Positions 1 through 8,459 of a stretch of DNA of 64,000 nucleotides are shown here, in pieces (within the stretch, counting starts at the first letter, position 1; each line of letters begins with the position of its first letter). Position numbers and translations under genes: made by a program. Origin of the DNA: Candidatus Woesearchaeota archaeon (GTDB taxonomy: Archaea > Nanobdellota > Nanobdellia > Woesearchaeales > SKIA01); NCBI GenBank assembly GCA_043771635.1, contig JAYVHA010000017.1:36761-100760 (forward strand), in the 5' to 3' direction. The notes beneath the pieces are model-generated. The model was not told the origin of the DNA. It was given only the letters and a program-made list of their open reading frames with translations, and ran no database searches.

Positions 1-1
1 A

Positions 2-244
2 GGGTTTCCTGTTACGGTAACGTTGACGCGTCCAACTGAGGCTGATACTGCAAATTGGACGGGCGCATTTGGTAGAATTAACGCTCGACTTCTGAGCGCT
101 AAACTTGGTTCCGATCTAAATGCAGCAAAGTTCTATGTTTGTGGACCAACGCCATTGGTTGCTGATGTGCAAACCGTGCTCGCAACACTCGGTGTTACAC
201 CAGAGCGCATTTTTGTAGAAAAATATGGTTTAATAGAAGGCTAA
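2..244 (+). CDS. 3' end of an FNR-type oxidoreductase (FAD/NAD(P)-binding domain). The 5' end lies outside the window.
   Basis: The frame is open from the window edge. The C-terminal 'KFYVCGPTPLV...LGV..ERIF.E.Y' is the typical NAD-binding tail of ferredoxin-NADP-reductase-like proteins. Confidence 0.55.
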   Translation, partial: GFPVTVTLTRPTEADTANWTGAFGRINARLLSAKLGSDLNAAKFYVCGPTPLVADVQTVLATLGVTPERIFVEKYGLIEG

Positions 245-297
245 TGAGATTAGGCTATTAGGCAATACTCCGAGGAATCCATTATTTATTAGGTTGG

Positions 298-444
298 TTA
301 ATCTTTGTCCGGCAAGGCCATGGGCAGCGGCGTTGGTTTTCTATCGAGAAATAGAACGAGAGCGATAAAGGTCAGTGCGGTGAGACTAATCGCTACAGTT
401 AGAACTTGAAACACTATGACTGTTGGGCTTACATATACTTCCAT
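298..444 (-). CDS. 48-aa single-pass membrane micro-protein (copy 2 of a tandem pair)
   Basis: Hand translation gives MEVYVSPTVIVFQVLTVAISLTALTFIALVLFLDRKPTPLPMALPDKD. It has one hydrophobic helix and a charged tail. It is paralogous to the ORF at 466..612 and is below the ORF-track size cutoff. Confidence 0.45.
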   Translation of the reverse strand: MEVYVSPTVIVFQVLTVAISLTALTFIALVLFLDRKPTPLPMALPDKD

Positions 445-465
445 TTTACGCACCCAGCACCATAA

Positions 466-612
466 CTAGTCTTCGGCCTCTTTAATGTCTTCTGAATTAA
501 AGCCAAATAAAAATAACACTACTAAGAAGGCCAATGCCGTGGCGCTTATTAGTATGACTATGGCAGTACCTATTACGGCGGTTGGATTGGTTATGACTTC
601 GACTGTTGCCAT
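466..612 (-). CDS. 48-aa single-pass membrane micro-protein (copy 1 of a tandem pair)
   Basis: Hand translation gives MATVEVITNPTAVIGTAIVILISATALAFLVVLFLFGFNSEDIKEAED. It has the same length and motif spacing (PT.VI...IS.TAL.F...LFL) as 298..444. Confidence 0.45.
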   Translation of the reverse strand: MATVEVITNPTAVIGTAIVILISATALAFLVVLFLFGFNSEDIKEAED

Positions 613-697
613 TTGTTTAAGGTGCGTATAGGTTTACGGTTCGTACTAGTAGTGTGCGTTTACTAGTATTATGTATTCAGTCCTTAATATTACTTAG

Positions 698-2476
698 CTA
701 TGAGCCTTGGCTGCGCTCTACTGCAAGCCTATGCGCTTCAACATAGTATAGGATGAATGCGCTCCAATCGGTGAGCTTAGTTAACGCTTTTGCCTGCGTT
801 TTTTCCTCGTTGCGCTGGAATTTATCTTTATGAGCGAAGTTCAGTAATAGGTCAAAGAGTTCTTTGCTCGCGTCTTGATCTGATCGGCCATTGCGGTGAA
901 GTACAAACACTCCTTTACCAGCGTGAGGCTCCATAAACGCTCCAAAGCCGGCAAGGTCCGTAGTAATTGCGGGAACTCCGAAGGCCATGCCTTCAACTGG
1001 CGTGTATCCCCAAGGCTCGTAGTAACTCGGGAACACACCTAGGTGTGTGCCGGATACTGCGTCGTTGTACGTCATGTCAAGTAGGCCGTCAGAGCCAGTT
1101 AAGTAAACCGGATAAAAAATTGCCTTAACTGGATCTTGCGCGCTGTTGAATAACCCGTTTTGCCTGAACGCGGATACAATTGCATTGTTGTCTTCGTTTG
1201 GAATGTTGTGCGTGCAGAGCGGTGCGTTCCCTTCATGCTTCATGGCTTGAAACTGGCGCTGTATTGTGCGCACAAATTCCGGGCTTAGAAGTTGCTCGCA
1301 TGTGAACTCTTTAATGTTTGGAACTTCACGAAGTATTTTGCGGACAAAATCTTCATTGTTGTCTTCAACATAGTTTTTAATCGCGCTAAATACTGCTTTT
1401 TCTTCTAATAACTCGGTTTTGATTCCATGCGTTTCATTTGGAATCCAGAAAAAAGCCACAACTGTTTTTGTACTGCCTTCATCACGAAGCGCACTATTCA
1501 ACTTACCAAGTGCTTGAATAAAAACATCTATTCCTTTGTTATGAAATTCGAAGCGTCCAGTAATAAACATAATTACGGTTTCTTGCATGTCAAAAGTGTA
1601 GTGGCTGAAGAAATAGTACTCTAGGAAGTCACGAATTTTCTCTCGGTGTTTCTGGTGGAGTATGCTTGCTTCCTCGAATGTCGGAAACTTACTGTCGTCT
1701 AGACCATTTAGCGTTAGCACGTCAGGCTTGCGGCCAAGCAGCGCAGTAGCTTCCAAACCAGTAATTTCGCTTACTGTGGTAAACACGTGCGTATGCTTTG
1801 CGCATGCGCGCTCCATACTGTACTTTTCCATTATTCCAAGCTCGCGCGCCGCTTGGTCTGGATTAATTGCCGCTAGCGCCCCATAGAGTTCTCGGCCATT
1901 TGCGCAAAGCGAGCGGCCAAGCATAGTCGCGTGCGTAGTAAATACTGTGCCAACATGTTGTGTGCGCGCACGTAAATATAGAAGTGTAAAGCCGCCAAGC
2001 CATTCATGGCAATGAGCGACTGTTGGCGCAGGTAGTGTTACGCTTAGGCGCTCTATTAGTTTTCCAGCTGCCCATCCCCAGCGCAGAGGTTCATCAAATT
2101 CGTAATTTGCGTTTAGGCTGTCAACACCAAAGCGTTCCCATAATTCTTTTTTTACAGCGTTTTCATCGATGCGCTCTCTCTCTAGTTTTATTAGAATTGT
2201 AATTGGCTCTCCGCGGATTAGCCACTTGCCGTAAAGGCAACTAATTCCTTCATGCTCAAGCTCTTCAAACGCAGCCTTATACTCTGGTGGCGCCGCGAGT
2301 TGTTGAAACTCGAACTGGGCTTGATTTGCAAAGTATGGTCCGACGCAGATGTAGTTGCTGTAGCGGCGTCGAAGCAGGTCGGCCTTGCTTTTGACCACTT
2401 GGTATATGCCGCCGACTTTGTTACACACTTCCCAGCTTACTTCAAACACCGTACTTGGAGCACTTGATAATACCAT
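698..2476 (-). CDS. Glycogen synthase, eukaryote-like GT3 family
   Basis: The N-terminus 'FEVSWEVCNKVGGIYQVVKSKA...VGPY' closely mirrors the animal/fungal glycogen synthase N-terminal signature (FEVAWEVANKVGGIYTV). The ORF is 592 aa with an ATG start, 1 nt after the upstream gene's stop. Confidence 0.85.
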   Translation of the reverse strand: MVLSSAPSTVFEVSWEVCNKVGGIYQVVKSKADLLRRRYSNYICVGPYFANQAQFEFQQLAAPPEYKAAFEELEHEGISCLYGKWLIRGEPITILIKLERERIDENAVKKELWERFGVDSLNANYEFDEPLRWGWAAGKLIERLSVTLPAPTVAHCHEWLGGFTLLYLRARTQHVGTVFTTHATMLGRSLCANGRELYGALAAINPDQAARELGIMEKYSMERACAKHTHVFTTVSEITGLEATALLGRKPDVLTLNGLDDSKFPTFEEASILHQKHREKIRDFLEYYFFSHYTFDMQETVIMFITGRFEFHNKGIDVFIQALGKLNSALRDEGSTKTVVAFFWIPNETHGIKTELLEEKAVFSAIKNYVEDNNEDFVRKILREVPNIKEFTCEQLLSPEFVRTIQRQFQAMKHEGNAPLCTHNIPNEDNNAIVSAFRQNGLFNSAQDPVKAIFYPVYLTGSDGLLDMTYNDAVSGTHLGVFPSYYEPWGYTPVEGMAFGVPAITTDLAGFGAFMEPHAGKGVFVLHRNGRSDQDASKELFDLLLNFAHKDKFQRNEEKTQAKALTKLTDWSAFILYYVEAHRLAVERSQGS

Positions 2477-2477
2477 A

Positions 2478-2843
2478 TTAGTTTAGCATGGCGACAACCG
2501 CCATTACAAGAATTCCTACAATCAGACCTGTGGCAAAGCCAATCATAAAGTCTGTTCGTTGATTGTGTTTGCTGATTTCTTTGTGTGCTGCGTGGGGTGA
2601 TAGCCAATGGCGCAGCGCGGTTAAAGTTTGCTCGCGAGTTGTGGCTTCTCGAAGCCGCGCGGCAAGTGTAGGCTCTCTGAGCGCAGTGTCTGCCCACGAA
2701 GCAAAATCATTACGTGGATGCGCGCCTGTAAGCACGTGATCAGTAAAGCATGCCTCAGGACCTTCTTCAATAATTTGCAACAAATCAATTGCAGTACGTG
2801 CTGTGCGTCCATTGTGGAACGAGAAGGCATGCGGTCGTATCAT
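2478..2843 (-). CDS. Small protein with an 'RNDFAxW' domain and a C-terminal TM anchor. It may be a DUF5752-like family (from memory, unverified).
   Basis: 'FSFHNGR...DLLQII...DHVLTGAHPRNDFASWA' is paralogous to 2840..3232. The C-terminal 'FMIGFATGLIVGILVMAVVAML' is hydrophobic. There is a 4-nt overlap with the upstream gene. Confidence 0.55.
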   Translation of the reverse strand: MIRPHAFSFHNGRTARTAIDLLQIIEEGPEACFTDHVLTGAHPRNDFASWADTALREPTLAARLREATTREQTLTALRHWLSPHAAHKEISKHNQRTDFMIGFATGLIVGILVMAVVAMLN

Positions 2844-3232
2844 GTACGCTCCAAAATGATCCTGTAAATAACAACCTGTGCGTGGTGGCTGCTGCTTGCA
2901 TCTGTGATGCGCTGCGCTAGTTCAACTTCTTCAAACACATCTCGGACCCAATTAGCAAAGTCATTTCGACCTTGGTTTACGTGGTGGTTCCAAACTGCAA
3001 TGCTCATATCATCGAGCATATCAGCGAGTTCTTTCAAGTCCGCTACATTTCTGCCGTCGACCAAGTGAAACTCGCGGCCCGGTTCAGCTCGCTTTATCGG
3101 CTTCGGGTTTTTATGCAATTCACTTGTAGTTTTACTCTTAATTGCGCGCTTTACTGCAGGCTTCTTTACACTGTCTCCTGTCGGTGAAGTTCCTTCCGGA
3201 GCTATTGCCTTTGTCTTTACCAATTGTATCAC
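2840..3232 (-). CDS. Small protein with an 'RNDFAxW' domain and a Lys/Pro-rich N-terminus
   Basis: 'FHLVDGRNVADLKELADML...NHHVNQGRNDFANWV' is paralogous to 2478..2843. It has a GTG start, and an A/T-rich tract at about 3245-3265 could be its promoter. Confidence 0.5.
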   Translation of the reverse strand: MIQLVKTKAIAPEGTSPTGDSVKKPAVKRAIKSKTTSELHKNPKPIKRAEPGREFHLVDGRNVADLKELADMLDDMSIAVWNHHVNQGRNDFANWVRDVFEEVELAQRITDASSSHHAQVVIYRIILERT

Positions 3233-3284
3233 CTGATTTCTTTTTCAAATTTTTTTATTTCTCATCCGCGGTACGCGGCGGCGC

Positions 3285-4511
3285 TCAGATTGTGCTGGCT
3301 TCCTGGGCGCTAGGATTCATCTCCTCTGAGCGATTTTCAAGGCGAAGCTTCATGTCCTGAATAACGTTCATGAACGCGATGTATGCCTCGTATGGGCTCT
3401 CATATGGGCTAAAGTACTTGTGTACGTCTCCGTCTGCGAACCATTTAGTGCACATATAGTAAAAATGGTCGCTTGTTGTGAGTTTGCGCCAATCATTTAG
3501 CATTGCAGGATCGCGCGCTGCCTTAACTTGAGCTTCAAGTTTGTAGAGTTCTTTTAGGGATGCTTCTTGCATTTTATTGCCGAGCCATGCAGTAAGATCT
3601 CGCTCTGCGTCTGCCCAACTGACATAGTCGTGTGCGTCAATGCGGCCGACCGAATCATAACTCTGAACTACTTCGCTCGGAGTTTTGAAATCGTTGTCAG
3701 GGTGTTCCAAAACTGCGTGCGGGAGGTGACGCATAAAATCAAAAATTCCTGTGTCTTCCCATTGATGTTCTCCAAACGTTTCGTAGTCCATAAACAGGTT
3801 TACAGTATGTCCGTTTCCATTTACTTTGTTTAGCCAGTCGCGAAATTTGTCAACTGTCAGAGGGTGCTCTTCCCATCCTTTGTTTCCAAAACGGAATGCG
3901 ATGTCGTCTGAGAGCTTGTAATTTTTTAGGAGTGTTTTGATATCTGTTGTGTACTCTGACTGGTAAATGAAATTAGGACTTCGCCAGCCAAGCATAGCGT
4001 CCCATCCCTCAGCAATAATTCCTTTGTAGCCGAGGCTTTCAACGTGGTTTGCAAGTTCGTTATTGTAAATTAGTTCTGTGTTTCTGAATACTGTTGGGCT
4101 TTGACCGAATTCTTTCTCCATAAGCTTTCGATGCATGTTAACTTGCTCTGAGAATTCTTCTTTTGAATACAGATATGACAAAGAGTGATAGTACGTTTCA
4201 TCTAGGAACTCAACGCATCCCGTGCGCGCAAGTTCTTTAAATGACTCAAGCACTTCCGGCGCATATTCGCGGAATTGTTCAATTGCGGTTCCAGTTATTG
4301 AAAAAGCTATTTTGAATTTGCCTTTGTGGTGCCTAATTTGCTCGAGGAGCAAATTATTCATTGGTAAATAGCATTTACGAGCTACTTTGCGCGCTACTTC
4401 CGCATTTTTATGATCATCGAAGTAGTGGTGATTGTGTCCGATATCAAACATTGAGTATCGGCGTAAGCGGTATGGTTGGTGAACTTGAAAGTAGAAGCAG
4501 ACGCTGACCAT
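3285..4511 (-). CDS. Glycoside hydrolase family 57 (alpha-amylase / alpha-glucan-active enzyme)
   Basis: 'VCFYFQVHQPYRLRRY' is the characteristic GH57 N-terminal motif. The ORF is 408 aa, and its start overlaps the upstream GT stop (TGATG). Confidence 0.85.
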   Translation of the reverse strand: MVSVCFYFQVHQPYRLRRYSMFDIGHNHHYFDDHKNAEVARKVARKCYLPMNNLLLEQIRHHKGKFKIAFSITGTAIEQFREYAPEVLESFKELARTGCVEFLDETYYHSLSYLYSKEEFSEQVNMHRKLMEKEFGQSPTVFRNTELIYNNELANHVESLGYKGIIAEGWDAMLGWRSPNFIYQSEYTTDIKTLLKNYKLSDDIAFRFGNKGWEEHPLTVDKFRDWLNKVNGNGHTVNLFMDYETFGEHQWEDTGIFDFMRHLPHAVLEHPDNDFKTPSEVVQSYDSVGRIDAHDYVSWADAERDLTAWLGNKMQEASLKELYKLEAQVKAARDPAMLNDWRKLTTSDHFYYMCTKWFADGDVHKYFSPYESPYEAYIAFMNVIQDMKLRLENRSEEMNPSAQEASTI

Positions 4512-5764
4512 CAGTGCTTAACCTGCAACAACAACTCTCCATAAACTTCTTCTAGGCGCTGCGCGTATCGATCCCAAGTCATTGACTGTACTTCAATAGT
4601 GCCGTGCTCTGTTAGGTGATCAGAGAGTTCACGGTACTTTAGCACTGCAAGTATTTTGTTTGCGGTGTCCGTGGTGTCCCAGAAGTCAACTTTTAGTGCG
4701 TTGCGTAGTACTTCAGCAACTCCACTTTGTCGACTCACTATTACTGGTGTACCTTTTTGCATTGCTTCAAGCGGCACTATTCCGAATGGCTCAGAAACTG
4801 AGGGCATAACAAAGCAGTCAGCCATTGCGAAAAGCTGTTCTGCATCGTGCCTGGAGTAAAATCCTGGGAAAATAAATTTGTCAGACATTCCTAGGTCAGC
4901 TGAAAGTTCAATCATGCGGTGGAGCATGTCGCCTGTTCCTGCCATCACGAACTTAACATTCGGATCTTTGTCGAGTACCAGGCGCGCTGCTTGTACAAAA
5001 TAATCGGGCCCTTTTTGTAGCGTCACGCGACCTGCAAAGAGTACAATTTTATCCGTTGACTTTATTTTAAGTGGGCCTGCGCCTATACTGTTGTTCATTG
5101 GGGTTGCTGCATTGTGCAGTACGCGGATTTTGTGCTCTGGAATGCCGTACTGGCTTACTAGACGGTTCTTTATGTAGTCGGAAACTGCAATTATAATGTC
5201 TGCTTCTTGCATTCCATATCGCTCAATGTCGTAAGCCATTTGATTAATTTGTCCGTCGCCACCGACCATGTCGAACTGCGTTATGTGTACGTGAACAATG
5301 AGAGGTTTACCTGAGGCATGTTTTGCACCTACTGCTGCAGGGAACGTTGTCCAGTCGTGCGCGTGAATAATATCGAATTCCTCCATTTCCGCAAGCGCGC
5401 GCACGCGGATTGCATATTTATGAATCTCGTCGAATAGGTCACGTCCGTAGAGCGTACGACTCTTATCGCGATCGTCTGCAATAACCTGCTGAAGTTGCTG
5501 CACGCGCTCACTATACTCGTGTTCAGTCGTATAAGCAGTGAGCGTTGAGCGCACTGTTTTAATTTTAAGGTTAGTATACTTGCTGAGTCGGCTAGCCACT
5601 ACAAGCTTAACAAAATCACTTTCTACATGTTCTGGACCAAATGGCATAACATAGGTTATTCCGAGTCCGCGCTGGCTAAGTGCGCGAGTTAACTCGTGGC
5701 AAACCATACCAACTCCGCCCGCAAAAAACGGAGGGAATTCCCAGCCGAGTGTCAGAATGCGCAT
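4511..5764 (-). CDS. GT4/GT5-type glycosyltransferase (prokaryotic glycogen-synthase-like)
   Basis: The N-terminus is 'MRILTLGWEFPPFFAGGVGMVCHEL'. The C-terminal 'VMPSVSEPFGIVPLEAM' is the E-x7-E glycos_transf_1 motif. Confidence 0.8.
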   Translation of the reverse strand: MRILTLGWEFPPFFAGGVGMVCHELTRALSQRGLGITYVMPFGPEHVESDFVKLVVASRLSKYTNLKIKTVRSTLTAYTTEHEYSERVQQLQQVIADDRDKSRTLYGRDLFDEIHKYAIRVRALAEMEEFDIIHAHDWTTFPAAVGAKHASGKPLIVHVHITQFDMVGGDGQINQMAYDIERYGMQEADIIIAVSDYIKNRLVSQYGIPEHKIRVLHNAATPMNNSIGAGPLKIKSTDKIVLFAGRVTLQKGPDYFVQAARLVLDKDPNVKFVMAGTGDMLHRMIELSADLGMSDKFIFPGFYSRHDAEQLFAMADCFVMPSVSEPFGIVPLEAMQKGTPVIVSRQSGVAEVLRNALKVDFWDTTDTANKILAVLKYRELSDHLTEHGTIEVQSMTWDRYAQRLEEVYGELLLQVKH

Positions 5765-5969
5765 ACTGTTTTGATCAGCTGATTGCAGCTCGCCCTTTTC
5801 ACGTTATCTTTCTTCCCCATTTTATTTATAAATGCTTTCCTTTAACACTACTGTTCAAGGTCGAAAAATGTCGATTAACGTCGTTAAACAGCTTAAACTT
5901 GGCATTTAGTATAGTTATTAAGAAATTACTTAACTACTGGTTATAATTAAAATATTAATTAATGAAACA

Positions 5970-5977
5970 TTTATAAA
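5970..5977 (+). promoter_or_regulatory. TATA box for the 6001 operon
   Basis: 'TTTATAAA' is centred 27.5 nt upstream of the TTG start at 6001. Confidence 0.55.
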
Positions 5978-6000
5978 TATTCTGTACGTAGTTTGTTTAC

Positions 6001-6624
6001 TTGGACTCACAGGAATTATTAGTTGGAGTGCGCTGGGAGCTAGTTCAGATAATTGCGTCTAAGCCTTCAACTGGCGCCGAACTTGCACGTAATACAGGGA
6101 CTAGCGCAGCTAATGTGAGTCAGCATCTTAAGCTTTTAGAACTCGGCGGGATAGTGGTGCGCGAGCGTACAGGCGGTAAGTCTCAAACTTATAAAATTTC
6201 GAGACGTATGGCACTTATTACGGTGCTAGATGGTCAAGCGCGGCGCGCTTTGGTGCCACTTGATGTCGCGCGCACTGCAGAGTTAAAGTTACTTATGGAG
6301 GGGCGCTCAAGTGGTCGTTATTTACGAGCGTTTATTGCGCAGCAAGAGGACATTGTACGTTCGTTTATAGCGTTCGGAACGCTTCCCGAATACGAAGACA
6401 TACCGCTTCTTGTGATAGCTGATGACGTCCGGGCGTTACGACGAGAGTATGCTAATGTCCAAGTAGGTCCTCGTAAAATAGTTATTTGGAGTCATACGCC
6501 TGAAGAATTCGAAGAAGGAGTGCGCCGCGGAGATTCATATTTTACAGATAAGTTGCATGCAGTGGCGCCACTTGCAGACCCAAAAGATTTATTCGCTAAA
6601 TGGCGGAAGTTCGCAAATGAATAA
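6001..6624 (+). CDS. ArsR-type winged-helix regulator fused to a degenerate nucleotidyltransferase-like domain
   Basis: 'TGAELARNTGTSAANVSQHLKLLELGGIVVRER' is an ArsR/SmtB wHTH. The C-terminal 'IAFGTLPEYEDIPLLVIADD' looks like a decayed GS-x(n)-D-x-D minimal NTase motif. The only start is TTG, so the start is uncertain. Confidence 0.6.
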   Translation: MDSQELLVGVRWELVQIIASKPSTGAELARNTGTSAANVSQHLKLLELGGIVVRERTGGKSQTYKISRRMALITVLDGQARRALVPLDVARTAELKLLMEGRSSGRYLRAFIAQQEDIVRSFIAFGTLPEYEDIPLLVIADDVRALRREYANVQVGPRKIVIWSHTPEEFEEGVRRGDSYFTDKLHAVAPLADPKDLFAKWRKFANE

Positions 6625-6973
6625 GTTGGCTGCAATTATTGATAAGTTGCCGTTAGCTGACTTAATGCTTATTCAGAAGGATCTTGAAGCGGGGAACATC
6701 GACAAATTACTTAAGCAGCGAATTGCTGAGTTTGATGTGCTAAAAACCTGTCCTACATGCGGGCGAGAACTCGGACGCGATGAGCAGCGGTTTACGATTG
6801 AGTTCGGACCGCAGGGCTTGCGTCAAAGAGCATACTTTGATGAACTAGATTGTCTCAATTATTTCGTGGAAAAGCTGCATGCGCAAAATGCAAGGCAAAA
6901 TTCTAGGGCTGGCGGCGACTTGGAAGGGTCAAATAAGCCTCTCGGTTCAGAGAAAGGTAGCTATTATGAATGA
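6617..6973 (+). CDS. Hypothetical small protein
   Basis: The ATG at 6617 overlaps the upstream stop by 8 nt (ATGAATAA). There is one 'CPTCG' knuckle and no recognisable family. Confidence 0.5.
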   Translation: MNKLAAIIDKLPLADLMLIQKDLEAGNIDKLLKQRIAEFDVLKTCPTCGRELGRDEQRFTIEFGPQGLRQRAYFDELDCLNYFVEKLHAQNARQNSRAGGDLEGSNKPLGSEKGSYYE

Positions 6974-7448
6974 GGACGGCAAGTTGTCACTTGCTAAATC
7001 TAGACGTGGTATTTCACCTCTAATTGCTACGGTGCTGCTTCTAGCGTTTGCGGTCGCGATAGGTACTATGGCTGTGAGCTACGTGCTGGACGCGACTAAA
7101 ACGTCATTGTGTGACAGCGTAGAAATCGGTTTGGAAGCCACACCTAACGTATGCTGGACCAACAACCGCGCTTCATTTATTATTGTAAATCGTGCTGAAG
7201 GAAAGGGAGGTGAGCCGATTATGTTATCGAGCTTGTTAGTGCGCTTTATCAGTTCTTCTCAATCAATTGACGAACGTAAAATAGAGGGGCTCTCTATTGC
7301 GCAGGGTAGCGCCTCTAAAATTGATTTAGAGTATAAAGTGCCGAACGCGAATAACACACAAGTAAAAATCATTCCCGGCGTAAAAGATGGTGATAACGTG
7401 CTACTATGTCCTAAGCGCGAGCTTGTGACTTTTATAGGAGCTTGTTAG
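6966..7448 (+). CDS. Archaeal type IV pilin-like protein with a class III signal peptide
   Basis: 'KSRRG|ISPLIATVLLLAFAVAIG' is the archaeal flagellin/pilin N-terminal motif. The ATG at 6966 overlaps the upstream stop by 8 nt (ATGAATGA). Confidence 0.75.
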   Translation: MNEDGKLSLAKSRRGISPLIATVLLLAFAVAIGTMAVSYVLDATKTSLCDSVEIGLEATPNVCWTNNRASFIIVNRAEGKGGEPIMLSSLLVRFISSSQSIDERKIEGLSIAQGSASKIDLEYKVPNANNTQVKIIPGVKDGDNVLLCPKRELVTFIGAC

Positions 7449-7485
7449 ACGTAACAATAATATAGCTTAAGCTCACACCAACACT

Positions 7486-8331
7486 ATGCGCATTACACTC
7501 ACTATCAGAAAGCGGTTTGAAGAGCAAGCAGCTGAGCGGTTTGAGGCAGCAAAAAAAGCCAAACGAAAACTGGAAGGTGCGAGAGCAACAATCGTTCGTT
7601 TCGAGCGTGAACTTCCGAAAACGGTAGAAAAAGTAGTTTCAGCTGCGCGAACAAAAGCTTGGTATGAGCGTTTTCGTTGGTCGCGCGCACCAGACTCCAC
7701 GCTTCTTGTTGGAGGGCGCGATGCGGGTACAAACGAAGTCCTGCTAAAGCGGCATCTTGAGCTGGATGATTTGGTGGTTCACACCGATGACCCTGGCAGC
7801 CCATTCGTACTCATTAAAGGAGGAGCTAAACTTACTGAGGAAAAAGCAAGCGCGGCATGTGCGGCAGCCGGGCAGTTATGTGCTGCGTACAGCCGCGCTT
7901 GGAAGCGAGGATCGTCTGTAAGTGATGCGTTTTGGGTAACTGCAGAGCAAGTGTCGAAAACTGCGAATGCTGGTGAATACATTGGCCGTGGTGCGTTTAT
8001 GATTCGCGGCGAGAAGCGGCCAATCAGCGCGAAAGTAGCAATTGCACTCGGGCGGCTTGATGACACTCCAGCGTGCGGCGTGTCGGAAATATTTAGTGGA
8101 ATCTACGCGCTAGTCGTGCCGGGCGACGAGAAGTCAAGTGATGTTGCTAAAAAGTTAGTTAAACGCCTCGGCGGAGTGCCGGACGACTGGGTTCCGCTAA
8201 TTCCCCCGGGAGGCTCAGTAATTCAAGGTTGGAAGCGTGGCTCAGGAGTTCGCGCCGAGACAAGCACTGGCGAGGGTTTATCTACTAATGAGACAGGAGA
8301 AGAGCTTGCGGCAAAGCCAGCAGCAAAATAG
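7486..8331 (+). CDS. NFACT-R (DUF814) domain protein, a short Rqc2/FbpA-family relative
   Basis: 'RFRWSRAPDSTLLVGGRDAGTNEVLLKRHLELDDLVVHTDDPGSPFVLIKG' matches the DUF814 core pattern. TATA 'ATAATATA' at 7457-7464 is centred 25.5 nt upstream of the start. Confidence 0.65.
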   Translation: MRITLTIRKRFEEQAAERFEAAKKAKRKLEGARATIVRFERELPKTVEKVVSAARTKAWYERFRWSRAPDSTLLVGGRDAGTNEVLLKRHLELDDLVVHTDDPGSPFVLIKGGAKLTEEKASAACAAAGQLCAAYSRAWKRGSSVSDAFWVTAEQVSKTANAGEYIGRGAFMIRGEKRPISAKVAIALGRLDDTPACGVSEIFSGIYALVVPGDEKSSDVAKKLVKRLGGVPDDWVPLIPPGGSVIQGWKRGSGVRAETSTGEGLSTNETGEELAAKPAAK

Positions 8332-8459
8332 CTTACTCCAATTAGTTCTTTGCTAACAAAACGTTCAGTTGGCATAAATCGGAATGCATTCGCTCAACGT
8401 CGAATGATTTAAAAACAATAAAGGCGCGAAGTGAGTATTAGTTCTAAGTCAGCCCTGGC

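Noticed and set aside
623-670. Short repeated strings (TGCGT..TTTAC..TACTAGTA, twice) between the GT3 stop and the micro-ORFs
   Set aside because: The copies are imperfect and very short (5-8 nt pieces). This could easily be chance in an AT-rich spacer.
7473-8066. ORFs 7473..7700, 7505..7804 and 7779..8066 on the minus strand
   Set aside because: They are antisense to the well-supported NFACT-R gene. Their composition is Ala/Arg/Ser-rich, which is typical of reverse frames of GC-richer coding sequence. They have no promoter and no motifs.
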